Below, one piece after another: positions 40,736 to 58,160 of a stretch of DNA of 64,000 nt (position 1 is the first letter of the stretch; each line of letters begins with the position of its first letter). The DNA lies in contig MU057640.1 of NCBI GenBank assembly GCA_013265495.1, forward strand, positions 753,303-817,302. The letters run 5' to 3'. The translations under genes and the position numbers were made by a program. Source of the DNA: Vicugna vicugna. Its lineage: Eukaryota. Below the pieces are notes generated by a model that was not told the origin of the DNA, did no database searches, and saw nothing but the letters and a program-made list of their open reading frames with translations.

Positions 40736-43700
40736 AGAGGGCATTGGAACCAAGCCCTGGGCCTGTCAATGGTGCAGCTGGCCGCGGACCCAAGCCTGCC
40801 CTTCCTCACTCAGGAACGCCTTCCGCTACCCTGAATGCCCCGCTTCTATCTTCTGTGACTTATCCTGTGATCCATTCCCCTCCCACAGGAGACAGCGAAA
40901 GAAATGAGCTCAGATTCCAGACCCTCTGCCAGGCTTTCCCGGCACCTGCCCTTAGCACCGCCTCCCCTTCCTGCTCTCGTGTGGATTCAGGGAAAAATCG
41001 ACCCTTACCATCATTTACAGCACCTGACGGCTCCACCCAGAGACCAAGCCAAAGAGACAATTAAGGATTTCTGTGTTCTCTTCTGATGTGTGACAAGTTT
41101 AAAACTTGCTTTCTGGCCTTTCTGTCACTAAATTCCCTGAAAGTGTCTTGTGGGACTCTGGAGCTTGTCTGCGGCCGAGCGCTGCTGTGTGGACACTGCC
41201 GTCCGGGAGGCGTCCCGCCCAGGGTTACAGACTTGGGAGTGGAATGTTGTCTTTCTAACGTGTAAGCCTCATTTCGTACCAATCAACTCCAGACTGAGAG
41301 GAGCTGGCTTTTGTTCAGAGAACGTGTTGAGAATGTTCTCAAATTGAGAAGCCCTGTAACTAGGAAAAGGACAGAATAAATATAAAACCCATCCTGAGTT
41401 TATCCTTCTGAGCCGTATTTCTTCATCACCGCCCCTGCCCCAAGTGCTGGCTACTTCCAAAATGAACTAGATTTGAGGCAGTGAATAATTAAAGATATTG
41501 CTGGGATTTTTAAAGAGAATACAAGATTCATAATGAATGGGGAGAAAGCCGTTATAAGGAACCCCAGTGAAGGACGGCTGCTGTGAGTGGTTATAGAATT
41601 TAGCTGATGACTCCTGGAAATACTAAAACAAAACAATAAAAGCCTATTGCTCTCATATTGTGGCCTGTCTCTCCATTAGTGCATATGGGGTCCTCCTCAG
41701 CTCCACCTCCCTGACGCACTTCAGAAGGCACGTCATGGATTTTCAATGAATGTCTGATGAATATAGTAAAGAATGTTGGCCAAAATCAATGATTTGCATT
41801 TTGGTGTAATCACTACGGCCGCCGTTTCTTCCAGACATTGGTCTTGATGGAGCTGGTTACCTCTCAGGGCCACTTCTGAATCCTGATGGTAAAACAGGCC
41901 AGCTCTTCAGTGTGGAAAGCCAGCTGGCTCTTTGCTATTGCACATTCTTTACATGTCGGTTAAAGAAGAGGGGGTCAACACACGCCCTATTTTAAGTTAT
42001 TCAGAGCTAGAACTTGATGCCTGTAGCTCATTCCTGCCCACCCTGATTCTCCAGGTGGTATTACAATCAAATACAGTCAAAGCTCTGAAAGAATGTTAAA
42101 AGCGCAGATGAATATTAAAAATCGTACAGCTCAGCATACAGGCAGAACTGAAGGCTGGTGTCTGATCAGATAAAATGATAAAAACACTGCCTGTTTTACT
42201 AAAAGTACGCATATGTATGACTGAAACATTATGCTGTACACCAGAAATTGACACATTGTAAACTGACTACACTTCAATTAAAAAGAAAAAAGAAGAAGAA
42301 AAGAGGGCATTGGAACCAAGCCCTGGGCCTGTCAATGGTGCAGCTGGCCGCGGACCCAAGCCTGCCCTTCCTCACTCAGGAACGCCTTCCGCTACCCTGA
42401 ATGCCCCGCTTCTATCTTCTGTGACTTATCCTGTGATCCATTCCCCTCCCACAGGAGACAGCGAAAGAAATGAGCTCAGATTCCAGACCCTCTGCCAGGC
42501 TTTCCCGGCACCTGCCCTTAGCACCGCCTCCCCTTCCTGCTCTCGTGTGGATTCAGGGAAAAATCGACCCTTACCATCATTTACAGCACCTGACGGCTCC
42601 ACCCAGAGACCAAGCCAAAGAGACAATTAAGGATTTCTGTGTTCTCTTCTGATGTGTGACAAGTTTAAAACTTGCTTTCTGGCCTTTCTGTCACTAAATT
42701 CCCTGAAAGTGTCTTGTGGGACTCTGGAGCTTGTCTGCGGCCGAGCGCTGCTGTGTGGACACTGCCGTCCGGGAGGCGTCCCGCCCAGGGTTACAGACTT
42801 GGGAGTGGAATGTTGTCTTTCTAACGTGTAAGCCTCATTTCGTACCAATCAACTCCAGACTGAGAGGAGCTGGCTTTTGTTCAGAGAACGTGTTGAGAAT
42901 GTTCTCAAATTGAGAAGCCCTGTAACTAGGAAAAGGACAGAATAAATATAAAACCCATCCTGAGTTTATCCTTCTGAGCCGTATTTCTTCATCACCGCCC
43001 CTGCCCCAAGTGCTGGCTACTTCCAAAATGAACTAGATTTGAGGCAGTGAATAATTAAAGATATTGCTGGGATTTTTAAAGAGAATACAAGATTCATAAT
43101 GAATGGGGAGAAAGCCGTTATAAGGAACCCCAGTGAAGGACGGCTGCTGTGAGTGGTTATAGAATTTAGCTGATGACTCCTGGAAATACTAAAACAAAAC
43201 AATAAAAGCCTATTGCTCTCATATTGTGGCCTGTCTCTCCATTAGTGCATATGGGGTCCTCCTCAGCTCCACCTCCCTGACGCACTTCAGAAGGCACGTC
43301 ATGGATTTTCAATGAATGTCTGATGAATATAGTAAAGAATGTTGGCCAAAATCAATGATTTGCATTTCGGTGTAATCACTACGGCCGCCGTTTCTTCCAG
43401 ACATTGGTCTTGATGGAGCTGGTTACCTCTCAGGGCCACTTCTGAATCCTGATGGTAAAACAGGCCAGCTCTTCAGTGTGGAAAGCCAGCTGGCTCTTTG
43501 CTATTGCACATTCTTTACATGTCGGTTAAAGAAGAGGGGGTCAACACACGCCCTATTTTAAGTTATTCAGAGCTAGAACTTGATGCCTGTAGCTCATTCC
43601 TGCCCACCCTGATTCTCCAGGTGGTATTACAATCAAATACAGTCAAAGCTCTGAAAGAATGTTAAAAGCGCAGATGAATATTAAAAATCGTACAGCTCAG

Positions 43701-43770
43701 CATACAGGCAGAACTGAAGGCTGGTGTCTGATCAGATAAAATGATAAAAACACTGCCTGTTTTACTAAAA
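40639..43770 (+). repeat. Head-to-tail tandem duplication, 2 x 1566 bp (40639-42204 and 42205-43770)
   Basis: The same ORFs recur at offset 1566; junction ...tttactaaaa|gtacgcatat...; only one mismatch noticed (T41802 vs C43368). Confidence 0.97.
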
Positions 43771-44221
43771 CATTTTCTTAGCAATGGTTATATCCATGCC
43801 AGTGGGAGGGTAGTAGACTGAGAGACCCGGACTTGGAGTTCATTAAGAAGGGAGTTGTGTACAGTTCTGAGGGATTGGGATTGAATTCAATGGCGCATTC
43901 CAGAAAAAAAAAAATCCCAGACAAAATAACAATGCGTTAAACAAGACAGAGGTATACTTGGTAAAAGAAGTCTGGAGGCGGCTCCTTAGGAATCCATGTT
44001 TCTCCTCCACCCTTTAATGTTTCTCGTCCACCTTCTTGGTGCTTGGCTTCCATCCCCAAAGTCACCTCATGGTTCAAAATGTCTGCTGCAGCACCAACCA
44101 TTGCATCCCAGCTTCAGGCAGAAGGAAGAAAGAAAAGCAGAAGAGCTAAAGAGTGCCTCTCCCAGCTAAGACACCTCCCTTCAAGCATATTTTCTGGAAG
44201 TCCCATACTCTGTTCACACGT

Positions 44222-44815
44222 TGTGATACACAGAATAATGGCTGCCCAAAGATGTCCATGTCCTAATGCCCAGAACCGCAAAGCCCTACGTTTCATGGCC
44301 GAAGGGACTTTGCAGATGTGATTACACTGAGGCCCTCAAGATGCATGCTGGATTATCCAGGTGGGACCAATGTATCACAAGGATCTTTCTAAGAGAGGTA
44401 GGAGTGTCAGAGAGAAGGAGATGTGATGAGAGGAGAAGGAGATGTGATGAGAGAAGCAGAGGTGTGTGTGCTCCTGCAAGTGTGTGTGTTTGAGTGTGTG
44501 CATGGGGGAGGAGGGCGTGGAGTAAGAGAGAGGGGGTGGGCTGGGGATGGTGCTTGTTAGCTGTTGCCTTTGAAAACAGAGGAAAAGGACCACAAGCCAA
44601 GGCGTGTAGGCAACCTCTGAAAGCTGGAAAAGGCCAGGAAGCAGATTTTCCCCTAAAGCCTCAGAAGGGACGTAGTCCTGCCAGTACCTTTACTCCTGTA
44701 GGACCCATTTCAGACCTCTGACCTCCAGCGCGCTGAGATGATCCATTTGTACCGTATGGTTTTAAGCCACTGAACTTGCGGTAATTTGTTGCAGCTGCAA
44801 TAGGAAACTAATACA
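44222..44815 (+). mobile_element. MLT1D-like LTR, apparently nested in an older MLT1 LTR (~43870-44930)
   Basis: cagaataatggc...caaagatgtccatgtcctaat...gggactttgcagatgtgatta...gcaataggaaactaataca. Confidence 0.7.
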
Positions 44816-47800
44816 GCCAGGACTCAGACACCAGGATTCAGTCACTTGACCACACCTAGCTACAAGGGAAGCTGGGAACTCATCTTTTATTCCTGGTAAC
44901 AGGGCGCTTAGCCAAAAGTGGGGCTCTGTCAACCTGCCGGGTGGGGCTGTTACACAGACACAAGTGTCTCCCCATTTCGCACAGCAGGAAAGTATTCTCC
45001 TTCAAGCAGAACTGGCAACACTTTGAGCCCATATTGAGAAAATGTACCTAAGAAGGTAGCATAAATAGCTTTGAAAGTATTGAGGCAACTGACTCAAAAG
45101 AGGATTCAAGTAATTCTTTCGGCAGAGCATTTTCTGTAACCCTATCTTAGCTGAAAGTTACCAATCAAATCTGTCCAAGCCCAGCTGTGAAGCCTAAAAT
45201 CAGGCTTGGAATTTGAGAGAAGGAATGCACTCAATTATCAGTAAGACTTTTGGTCTCCAACATTTCTCTTGGTAGTCAGACCATAAGCAACTGTAGCTCA
45301 AAAATCTCCTTTCTCTCTCTGTCCTAGCTAAATGCAAGGGCTGACACAGAAATTACAGACAGATCATCAAAAAAGTACTTGTGCAAAACATCTGGTACAT
45401 ACAGATGTTCTGTAGATTTTTTTTTGAATGAATGAAGGGGTAAATGAGCAAGGGAATAAACATATGAGTTTGATAGATTTCAGTATGGTTTCACCTATTC
45501 ACTCAACACGAGAGCCCCCCATGTTTTAGGATTAAGTTAACTGCTGGGTGCAAAGTCCAATAAGACCTTCCCACGATCAAGGTGCTTACAACCTTGGAGC
45601 GAAGACAGACAAGTACTTCAGTGCATGGAGTGCTGCAATGGATACATTTGCAGGAAACTGAGAATGTGGACAAGGGAACCTACATCAGACCTGGCTTTCA
45701 GGAGCACTTTGCTGGCGGAGAGGGCGCTTGAGCTGACTCCTGGAGGGCAAGTTGGAATTAGCTAGTAAGGGGGAGGCGGCTGCATTCCAGGATGAGAGAA
45801 CAACACATTCAAAGCCACAGAATCACGGGGCATGGTATCAGCACAACATTTATATAGTGTTTACTGTGTGCCAGGCATCGCTCCAAGCACTTCGTGTATA
45901 TTCATTCATTTATATTCAACCTGATGAAGCAGGCACCATCATTCCATTTCACAGATGAAGAAAGTGAGGCAGAGAGAGGGCAGGCACTTGCCTGAGGTCA
46001 CGTGATCTGTAAAGCTAGGATTTGAACCCCGGCAATTTGGCTCCAGAGCATTGCTTAGAGTCGATCATTTTGCATGGCTCAGGGAAGGGTTGGAGGGGAG
46101 GGGAGGGTGTAATTAAAGAGGCAAGCAAAGCCAGAACTTGAAAGTTATGGGAGACCATTCAAGGATGAGCTTCCTCTAAATCCTACTTAAGAAGCTCTCT
46201 TGCCTGAAAGACTTTTATAGTTTGTCTCTTCTTGGCTTCCTGGACTATCCTTCCCAAACTGTAAGAGATATGGTGGCTGGTCACATATTTCTAGAGGGAA
46301 GTCATTTCTAGTTTCAACCAATGATCTGTTGATGGGCAATTAGGACAGAAAACAGGCAGAGTGTGGCAAATTATTTGCATTACAGAAAACCACTTTGTCA
46401 TATCTGACTCAATCTCAACCTTGTAAACACCTCTTGCCAGTCAAGCTATGTGTGGTGAATTAGCAGGTGCAAAGCTAAAGAAAAGAATAGACAAGCACTT
46501 ACATTCTAGACTTCCATTCCCCAGTTGCAGATAAGCTGGAGGGGAGTGATGATGGATCATTCTGACTAGATTGTGAATGACAGTCCCTTTCTAGAGTAAA
46601 TGGCTGCCATTATAATGGGTTGCAATTGTAGAACGTAGCCAAATATTTCCTCTATTTCAGGTGGCTACTTCTAGAAGCATGGTCATGGTGGTCCCAGAAA
46701 TTTTGTTAAAATCAACAGCCAAAACCCCAGCAGCGGTAACACACAGCTTGTTTTGTAGGATTATGGCTCCCACTCACCCACCCTGCCTGGAAGCAGAGAT
46801 GCTGTAACCAGCGTGAGATGCAAGCTTTTCTCCTGTGTTGCCCACCTGGAGAAGGTGAAGTGGACGGGAGGAAGGACAACGTGGGATCCCCAGGGACGCA
46901 TTATAAAGTTACTGTACGAAGGAAAGAATAGTGTTTTCTGACATGGCTAAAATTTGTAAATAGACCTGCTGAACGCAAATGATGCCAGGTCTTCTCTCCA
47001 GTATCTTCACTCTTGGATGTCTCGTCTTCACTGCTTTTCTTCTTATGCATCATTGCCACGACCCCGGCTCAGAGCTGCCCATTTCTTGAGACATGTCTTC
47101 CCCCAGGAAGGTGAGAGGCCAGGGAAGAGGCTGTCTCCTTCTTTTTAAGTGACATCCCTCATGTCCTTGGACCATGTAGAGCTCCTGCCATTGATGAAGA
47201 CTAGAAAACCAGACTTTAGACAAGGCAACTGGAAAGTGTCCATCCACATGGCCCAGAACAGGCCCTGGGAAGGAAATCACTCTGTCCCTTATATCTCTGG
47301 CTCTTGAGCCGAAGTCTGCCTGGGGCACAGCTGACTGGCAGAGCCTGGAACACATCCTAAGTCCTGGCTGCACACAGAGCTGGGCAAGAGAATGTCTGCT
47401 ATTTCCCACTTCTACGGTTGGGGTGGTCTTTGTCCCCAGTGACACTCCTTACTAATTTTCTAATCAAAGCAAGACATTCAGATGTTGGATAGACAAAACC
47501 AATGACGAACATCCTTTATGCTTCCTCCCTTTAAACTCTGAATGGGACAACCCCAAGACCAAGACCAAGCCAAGGTCTTAAAGGAAGAAGAGAAGAAAGA
47601 GTTCCTGGACCACCATCAGCATGAAAGGAGAAAAGCTGGCCCAGCCGGGATCACCATTTGGAGAACCAGGCAGGCGTTCACCTAGAGAGCCCTCCCTACA
47701 CATCTCGGGGACCTGGAAGTGGAGGCAGGAATCTTTTTGGAAAGCAGTCGGATGGGATTCAAAGAGCTACCATCTGGTATAGAGAAAGATAAACACAAAG

Positions 47801-49899
47801 CTCTCTACAATACCATGAGTAGTGTCATATTTGAAGCACTAGACTAGAGAGATAATTTGGATCAAAGAGAAGTAAACCTTCTGCTCCTCAAAGAATTTGC
47901 AATTTTAGGGGGGAGAGATTCTTAATAAGTAGGGTCAACTCTCTGAATCCAAGTAGTTTGACTCTCTGAAGAGCCAAATGAATTACAAAGGCTCCAGCAA
48001 GTCATTCATGTTCCTCCACAACATGACCTCAGCCACCTCTGTAGCTTTGTCCACTTGACCCATGACCAGACACACTGCTCCATGCATCTGGAAACTCCTG
48101 CCTCTAGGCCTTTGTTCCGCGGCTCCCTCCACTTGGAACACCTAGTGTCCACCTCCGAGAAGGGCATCAAGGAGGGGTTTCTCCAATGACCATCATTTCC
48201 ATGGAAGACCTGACCCCCCCAAGAACCCTTCCCCAGATTTGTGTCATCCCTCCAGGGCACCTGAACACTGTCACATGTTAGTTCTGTGTTGCCTTGTAAT
48301 GATTACATCCAAAAGCCTTGGTCATGGCTGAACTGCATGCAGGACAGGCACCTAGGATGCAAAGTCAGAGGAGAGCTCCAGAATTGCTCAGGCCAAGTTC
48401 AGGGACAAACCAGGCCCCAGGGAGAGCTAAGAATTTTCAGCAGGGGCCTGCCCTTGACCAACCATTGCTTCCAACAAGCAGCGAGGCTGTCGGACCTAAC
48501 AAATCCTGCTAGAGTTCTCTCAGAACACCACCATCCCAGGGTGAGGCGGGGGTCTTCTGGGGATAAATACATCCTCTCATCAGTCCATCCATCCATCCAT
48601 CCTTTCATACAACTAATCCACAAATATGTATTCAATTACCTGTGACCTGAGCTATTAGAAATGTTGACACCAGCTAATTCCCTTCATCGTTAGCCAGTGA
48701 GTAAAACCCAAGGGCCTCTGGAGTCCCATCATTTCTCAGTCTCATCTCCATATTGCTTTGAGCTTCCTCCTCCCTTAATTGGTCCCTTACCCATTTTCCA
48801 TGCCCACATCTGGAACCTCTATTCTCTGGCTCCATTGGTGAAGAAAGTTCCTGTGTAGCCTTCACCTGAGCACAGAAAGATCCCTCTACTCCTAGTCTCC
48901 ACTGACCCACCCCTGCCTTTGATTCCAGTGCCTTTTGTCCTGGTGCCCCCTCCCCCTGTCCCATCACTTAACTTGGGATTCAGAGGAAAAGTAGGCATCA
49001 TCTTACCCTTTGTGATCTTTCTCCTTTTTCTATGTAAAAATTCCTGATTATTTGAGGCTATAAATTCCACCAGTTTCCTCTCCACTCCTCTGGACTATCA
49101 CCTCTCTGTTGTTGTTAACCTCTCCTCATTCGTGGAAGACTCTGGCACCTGGATCACAATCTTGTTCTCCACTCCACCCCCGAATCCTGCCATTATCCTT
49201 GGTGACGTCATTATCCACGTGGGGAACCACACATTTAACACATTAGCTTGTCAGTTCCCTGTCCTCTACTCCAATGAACTTTGAATTCCAATCATCTTAC
49301 TCTTCCTGTTTGTAAGTTGCACAGAGATTCCAGGTGGAGTCAGAACTGAGCAGGGTGACCAGGGTTCAGCTCCAGAGCACAAGAATTTAGAAGGTCTATT
49401 ATAATGATTTTTAAATGTTGTACAAATACTTAAACATCTTTTTTTTTTTCTCTTAGGAAATAGCATCTTCTCCAAACACATTCTAACCTTCAGCCAAGTG
49501 AGAGAAGACCTGTTTTTAACAGGTAATGTTCAGGACTCTTAGCAGGACCTACAAAAGGCCAAGACTACACCCCCTGGGCCTTGGCACACATTGTCCCACT
49601 GGTAACGGCACCTGGTCTGCATATCTTCAACTCCTCCTACGGGGCTCCACTCCGATGTCATTTCCCTCTCCTCCCTCAAACTCCATGTGGTCCCACAGCC
49701 CACACACGCACACCTGCATCAAACTGCTCATCACACTGCACTGCTGGTGCCTGTCCAGGTCTCAGGCTTCTCACTGTATACAAGCCACATGCAGAAATGC
49801 ACTGCATCTTATCCATCTCTAAATCCCCAGTACCACACACAGTAGCCAACTGATGAACATTTGTGGGACAAATGGGCCTTTAAAACCCATAAAGTCCAA

Positions 49900-50162
49900 T
49901 AGACAACAAACTATGGTCACCAAAAAGGAAAGGGGGGAGGGATAAATTAGGAGTTTGGGATTAACAGATACGTATCACTATATATAAAATAGATAAGCAG
50001 CATGAACCTACTGTAGAGCAGGGGACTATGTTCAAGTTCTTGTCATCAGCTACAATAGAAAAGAATCTAACAATATATGTATATATGTATAACTGAATTG
50101 TTTTGCTGTACACCAGAAACTAACATTGGAAATCAATTACATTTCAATTAAAAAAACAAAAC
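49900..50162 (+). mobile_element. 5'-truncated L1 3' end inserted in L2-like sequence
   Basis: gggataaattaggagtttgggattaacaga...; approximate TSD ccat[a/g]aagtccaa on both sides. Confidence 0.78.
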
Positions 50163-50979
50163 AAACCATGAAGTCCAAATGCTGGACACCATAGTGGGAT
50201 GGACCCCTGACCTTCTCTCACCTCTTTTCCCACTTGCAGTCCTCGCCATCTCAGCTAAGGGCAACTCCATCCTTAAAGTTACTCAGGCCCCAAATTTCAG
50301 AGTCATCTCTGAATTCTCTTTTCTTCTCATATTTCCCATCCAATCAGTCAGGAAATCCATCCAACCCTACCTTCCAAGCACAGAATATGTCCTGAAATCC
50401 AGCCTTTCTCACCACCTCCACTGCTCCCACATGGGACTGAGCTATCATCTTCTGCTTCATGGTCTCCCTGCTTCCATCCTTGCTTTCTCATGAGGGGTCC
50501 CCACATGACAAAAGAGTGAAACTTGAAAAATGTCAATCAGGGCAGATCTGCTCAAAACCTGGAAATGGTCCAGGTCCTCACAATGGCCAACAACAGTACA
50601 TCTTCTGACACCCCCACTCTGCTTCCTCCCCGGGTACCAGCAGGGCAAACTCACATCTTTGCTCAGATGGCACCTTCTCAGTGAGATGCTCCAGCCCTGC
50701 CCTCGTGACTCCCTTTCCCTGTCCTGCCTTTTAAACTTTCAGAAGCATTTATCCCTTTTCACACACTGGATGCTACTTATTTATTATGCTTACTACTGAG
50801 TCTGCTCTCGCCCCTGAAATGCCAGCTTCGTAGAGGCAAGGATCGTCAATGATTTTGTTTGCTGATACTCCCAAAGCCCCTGGGAAAAAAATTTCTGGTA
50901 CATAGTATGTGCTTAATACATATGAGTATAATTTTTGTTACCCAGAATTAATTTTAAAAGAGTGATTCAGTCCTTTGTT

Positions 50980-51502
50980 GTATCAGTTATTTATTGCTGC
51001 CTAACAAAATCCCCCCCAAAGTGAATGCCTTAAAAATGATCATTTATTTTGCTTGGGAATCTGCAATATGGGCAGAGCTGGATGGGTGCAACTCACTTTG
51101 CACCTTACAGCTTCAGGTGCATGAGGTGGCTTGACTAGGGGCAAGTTTCAAGTTGAAGGTGAACTATGGCTGCAAGTTAGCTCTTGCTGACGGCTGGGAG
51201 TTCAGCAACGGTGTGAGCTGGGGGCTTCAGCTCCTTTCCCTGTGGCATCTCCCTGGGCTGCTCCGGCTTCCTTACAGCATGGTGGCTGCAGTCTGAGAGC
51301 TAACATCCCACCACAACAAGGCAGAAAAAGTGCGTGGGGTTTTCCTGCCTCAGCCTTGGCTGACATGAGGTAACATGTCATGAAGTGTTACCTCAGCCAT
51401 CCTCTATTGGCTCCACCTTTTGGGATGGACAGGTGACAAAGTTCTATAAGAGCATGTAGGACTGGAGATACTCCCAACATCTTTGGAAATACAACCTGCC
51501 AC
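50980..51502 (-). mobile_element. Old MaLR LTR (MLT1 family)
   Basis: tgtatcagttatttattgctgcctaacaaa...ttggaaatacaacctgccaca termini. Confidence 0.65.
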
Positions 51503-53482
51503 ACAAGGTTAGCCCCGAAGTTTTGTTAACTCATGTCAACTGTATTGAAAGGGCACTTAAGAAGGACTTAAGCCAGTCACAAGCCTTTAGGGCTACAAGG
51601 GGTCAAACAGAGATGTTAATGAAGTTAGAGCTTTTTATGCCAAACTCAAGTGGACAGAGCAATGGACTTGGACTAAAAAGCATGTTTAAATCCCAACCTC
51701 ACCATCACTGTCTACAACCTTGGAAAAGTCAGGGAACATCTCTGAGCCTCAGCTTCCCCATCTGTAAAATGGGAATCCCGAACTTATCTTGCCTGCTTGA
51801 CATTAATAATCGAATAGGCACATGCTTGGGTAAGTGTTCCCCAAACCACATAACAGTTTGCTTTATACCTTTACAGGCCAACAATGGGCTAACGGTCATT
51901 TGTATTTTTATTCTGAAGCAACCGACCACAGAGGAGGACGCACTTACTGAGCTGTGGGTGTGGCACCCTGGACCTCACAGCCAGGCCTGCTGGTGATTAA
52001 CTGTGCGATGTTGAACAACCGTTTAACTTTCCTGAGTCTCAGTTTTGTCACGTGGAGGGGTAAGGCCACCTGCTATGCTTAATGCTGATAATTATGCTAA
52101 GAACTTGGTACAGGTTAGCTCAGAGCCTTACCATGAAGTCCCAATAATGTGGGCTATAGCACTTAGATAATATTATTATCTAAGCAGCCACATTTTTTAT
52201 CTTAGAGAAAAATAATTTTTGTCAATACAAAAATAAAAGACTTTATTTCAATACAAACTTCAGAAAAAATCGCTGAGCATGCAGAAGAAAATAAAAATCA
52301 TACCTAAATTTTCCCCCTCAGATTCTCTCTCTCTCTTTCTCTATCATCTCTAACTCTTTCTCCTCTTTTTTAAAATAAACTTTTATAGGTTTACATTATA
52401 TCTAGCTCCCTTCAAAGAAGTCGTTTCCCACGGCTGTTTTGGGCAGTGATAAGCAATAAAGCAACAGTTACAACTTTTCATACTTGCTACAGTTTCCTTA
52501 AGACAAATCTCTGCGAGTGAAATTTCTGGATCGTTTTCAAGGCTTCAGAATCTACAGCACGACTGGCCTTCAGGACATGCCGGACCGAATCCTCCCTGCT
52601 CTGGAAGGACACACGCGCCTCTTCCCCTGATGCCCCACCGGCGTTCTTCTTCATCATTGCTATTAGTCGTAGGAGGAAAGAATTGCCCATTTAAGAAAAC
52701 CACCCTGATTTTATAAGTGAAATTTAAATGTTTCTAATATATTCAGTGACCAATGTATTTCTTCCGCTGCGGTACTCATCTTTTTGTGTTGATTAATAGG
52801 ACTCATTAAGTAGGAAGGATATAGCATTTTATCAGAAATTTGTGCTGTGCAATTTGCCCTCCTCCAGTTTGTCATGGACATTTAAGGTGCCTTTAGAGGT
52901 AAAGTTTTTAAAATATTTGATGTCTAAATCCATCAACTCTTTCTTTTTTTCTTTAAAATTTTTTAAATTTATTTTTTTGAAGTGTAATTGATTTACATTA
53001 GTTTCAGTTGTACAGCAAAGTGATTCAGTTATACATATACATACATCTATACATTTTCTTTTTAGATTCTTTTCCACTATATGTTATTATAAGATGTTGA
53101 ATATAGTTCCCTGTGCTATACTGTAGGTCCTTATTGTTTATCTATTTTATTTACAGTAATGTGTGCCTGTTAATCCCCAAACCCCAATTTGTCCCTCCCT
53201 GCCCTTCCCACCTTTGGTAACCATAAGTTTGTTTTCTATGTCTGTGAGTTTGTTTGGGTTTGTAAATAGAATTTGTGTCTTTTTTTTCAGATTCCACGTA
53301 TAAGTGATATCATTTGATATTTGTCTTTCTCTGTCTGACTTACTTCACTTAATATGATAATCTCTAGGTCCATTCATGTTGCTGCAAATGGCATTATTTC
53401 ATTCTTTTTTAATGGCTGAGAAATATTCCATTATACATATAATATACCACATCTTCTTTATCATGTATATGCAAATGGCATT

Positions 53483-56212
<2,730 letters not shown>

Positions 56213-57934
56213 TGCAAATGGCATTATTTCATTCTTTTTTAATGGCTGAGAAATATTCCATTATATATATTTAATATACCACATCTTCTTTATGATGTAT
56301 ATATATGCAAATGGCATTATTTCATTCTTTTTTAATGGCTGAGAAATACTGCATTTTATATATATATATATATACACACACACCACATCTCCTTTTATCA
56401 ATCCATCAATCCCTTCTTTCATGGTTTCTGCCTTTGATGTCATACTTGCCGTATCACCAAGACTTTTTAAGAGGTGAGTTTTTATAAGTTTCTGTTGAAT
56501 TCATTTATTCACTCATTCAACAAATACTTACTGGATGCCTCCTGATGTCAGGCCCTGTCCTAAGCCCTGCAGCATCATCTAAAGCGCAGAGGTGAACTCA
56601 GAACAGAAACGTCCATCACAGAGCAGTTTGTAAACCAAAATGAGCAGAACCCCAGATACAGGCCGCTCTGCTGAAAGACCAGCTGCGCAGACGGCTCTGG
56701 CCCCGAGCAGGGATCAGAGAGCTGCCGCCCGGGACCCCAGTTCCCGGCTCTCAGGGCGTCTTGCCACGAGTGGTGCCTGTGCGAGCACGGTGAGGCTAGG
56801 AGAGCCCTGTGTGGGCTCCATGAGCGAGAAGGCTTGAAACGGCACTAAAGAAGGGTTAACAGCCTTTGTTCCACATCAAGGAATACCCACCCCTGATACA
56901 ATTCTGCATTTCATTGTCAGTTAAATGCAGATACTATCTATGGCCTAGGGCTCTTTCGACTTTCTCGGAATCACAGAGTCTGAGCAAGGGAAGACTTAGC
57001 CTTCCTTTGAGGGTCTGCTCTGCGAAAGCCCTGTGAGTGAGGAAGTAGCATCTTAGGGACACTGCCCCTTGCTGGACCTCACCAGCTCAAGAAAAGTCAC
57101 AGTGTCCTCCGTTTGCCGTCCCCAAACTGGACAAGCCTCTGATTATCTGTTTGTTACACTTGACTTCTCTCTATCCCCCATTTTTCCTTTTGCAGTGAAA
57201 CATCATAAATCCACAAAAACTCACCCCCAAATTAGTGCCCTGCAAGAAAGATAAAGGACTTGAGCCTACAGTTTTTGGGTCATGCCAGCAAAGACGGTAC
57301 AGGACAGATTACTCCGCCTGCCCTCATGACCCTGGTAGGGGAGGCACGGGTTTGTCCGGGCACAGACAGAGCACCAGGCCCTACCGGAAAGAGCCCCAAG
57401 CAGGCGGCAACCCAAGGAGACCTCTCACCTTCATTTACCAGAACCAACCCATGCCTGAAATATCACTCACATGGCTTCACTGCCTGAGTAAATGTCCCCA
57501 GGAGACTGGAAGCCACCGGCAGAGAGGGACAGGCTCTCCTTTGCTCAGCAAAACCCTAGTCCAGCACTGAGTGAATGAATGGGTGGGAATCAGCCTTTCA
57601 GCTAGTCTGCGAATTCCTGGGGGAGGCGGGCAGGGACCTTGACTCATGACTTGTGTGGGACAAAGGATTTTGCAGTGAATAAATGTTTGTTATTTCTAGC
57701 TCACATTAGATCTCAGAATGAGGGAGCAGCCATTCGCTTTTGAGAGGAGAAAGCCAGCCCAAGGCCCTCCAGCACGTGCACGAGAGACAGGCAAATATGA
57801 CCTGGGGGAAATACAGGTGGAAAAGAAAAGGCCCTGCACGCGGGACAGACTTCGGCCCCGCTCACCATCAGTCTTGAGCTAACCCTGACACACGTGGTTC
57901 CTGAAAAAAGTCTTTCCAAAGCTGTAGTTCTCAC

Positions 57935-58160
57935 TCAAAACATTGCTGAAGGATCAGCTTCTGGAGGCCAGAAGTTTGAAGTTTTGGCAAAGTGGGTCTT
58001 TTGCTGGAGGCTGGGAGGGAAAGTCCATTCCAGGCCTCTCTCCTGGGTTCTGGTGGTTTCTGCAGTTCCGTGGCCTTCCCTGGCTCGCAGGTACATCACG
58101 CCAATACTTCTCTGCCTCCGTCTTCACCTGGCCTTTCTCTCAACCCTCTCATGTTCTTCA
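57935..58160 (-). mobile_element. MLT1C-like LTR fragment
   Basis: cttctggaggccagaagtttgaa...tccattccaggcctctctcctgg..ttctggtggtttctg. Confidence 0.55.

Noticed and set aside
40744..43202. Duplicated set of short ORFs suggesting a gene duplication
   Set aside because: The ORFs repeat only because of the 1566 bp duplication; there is no recognisable protein or exon structure.
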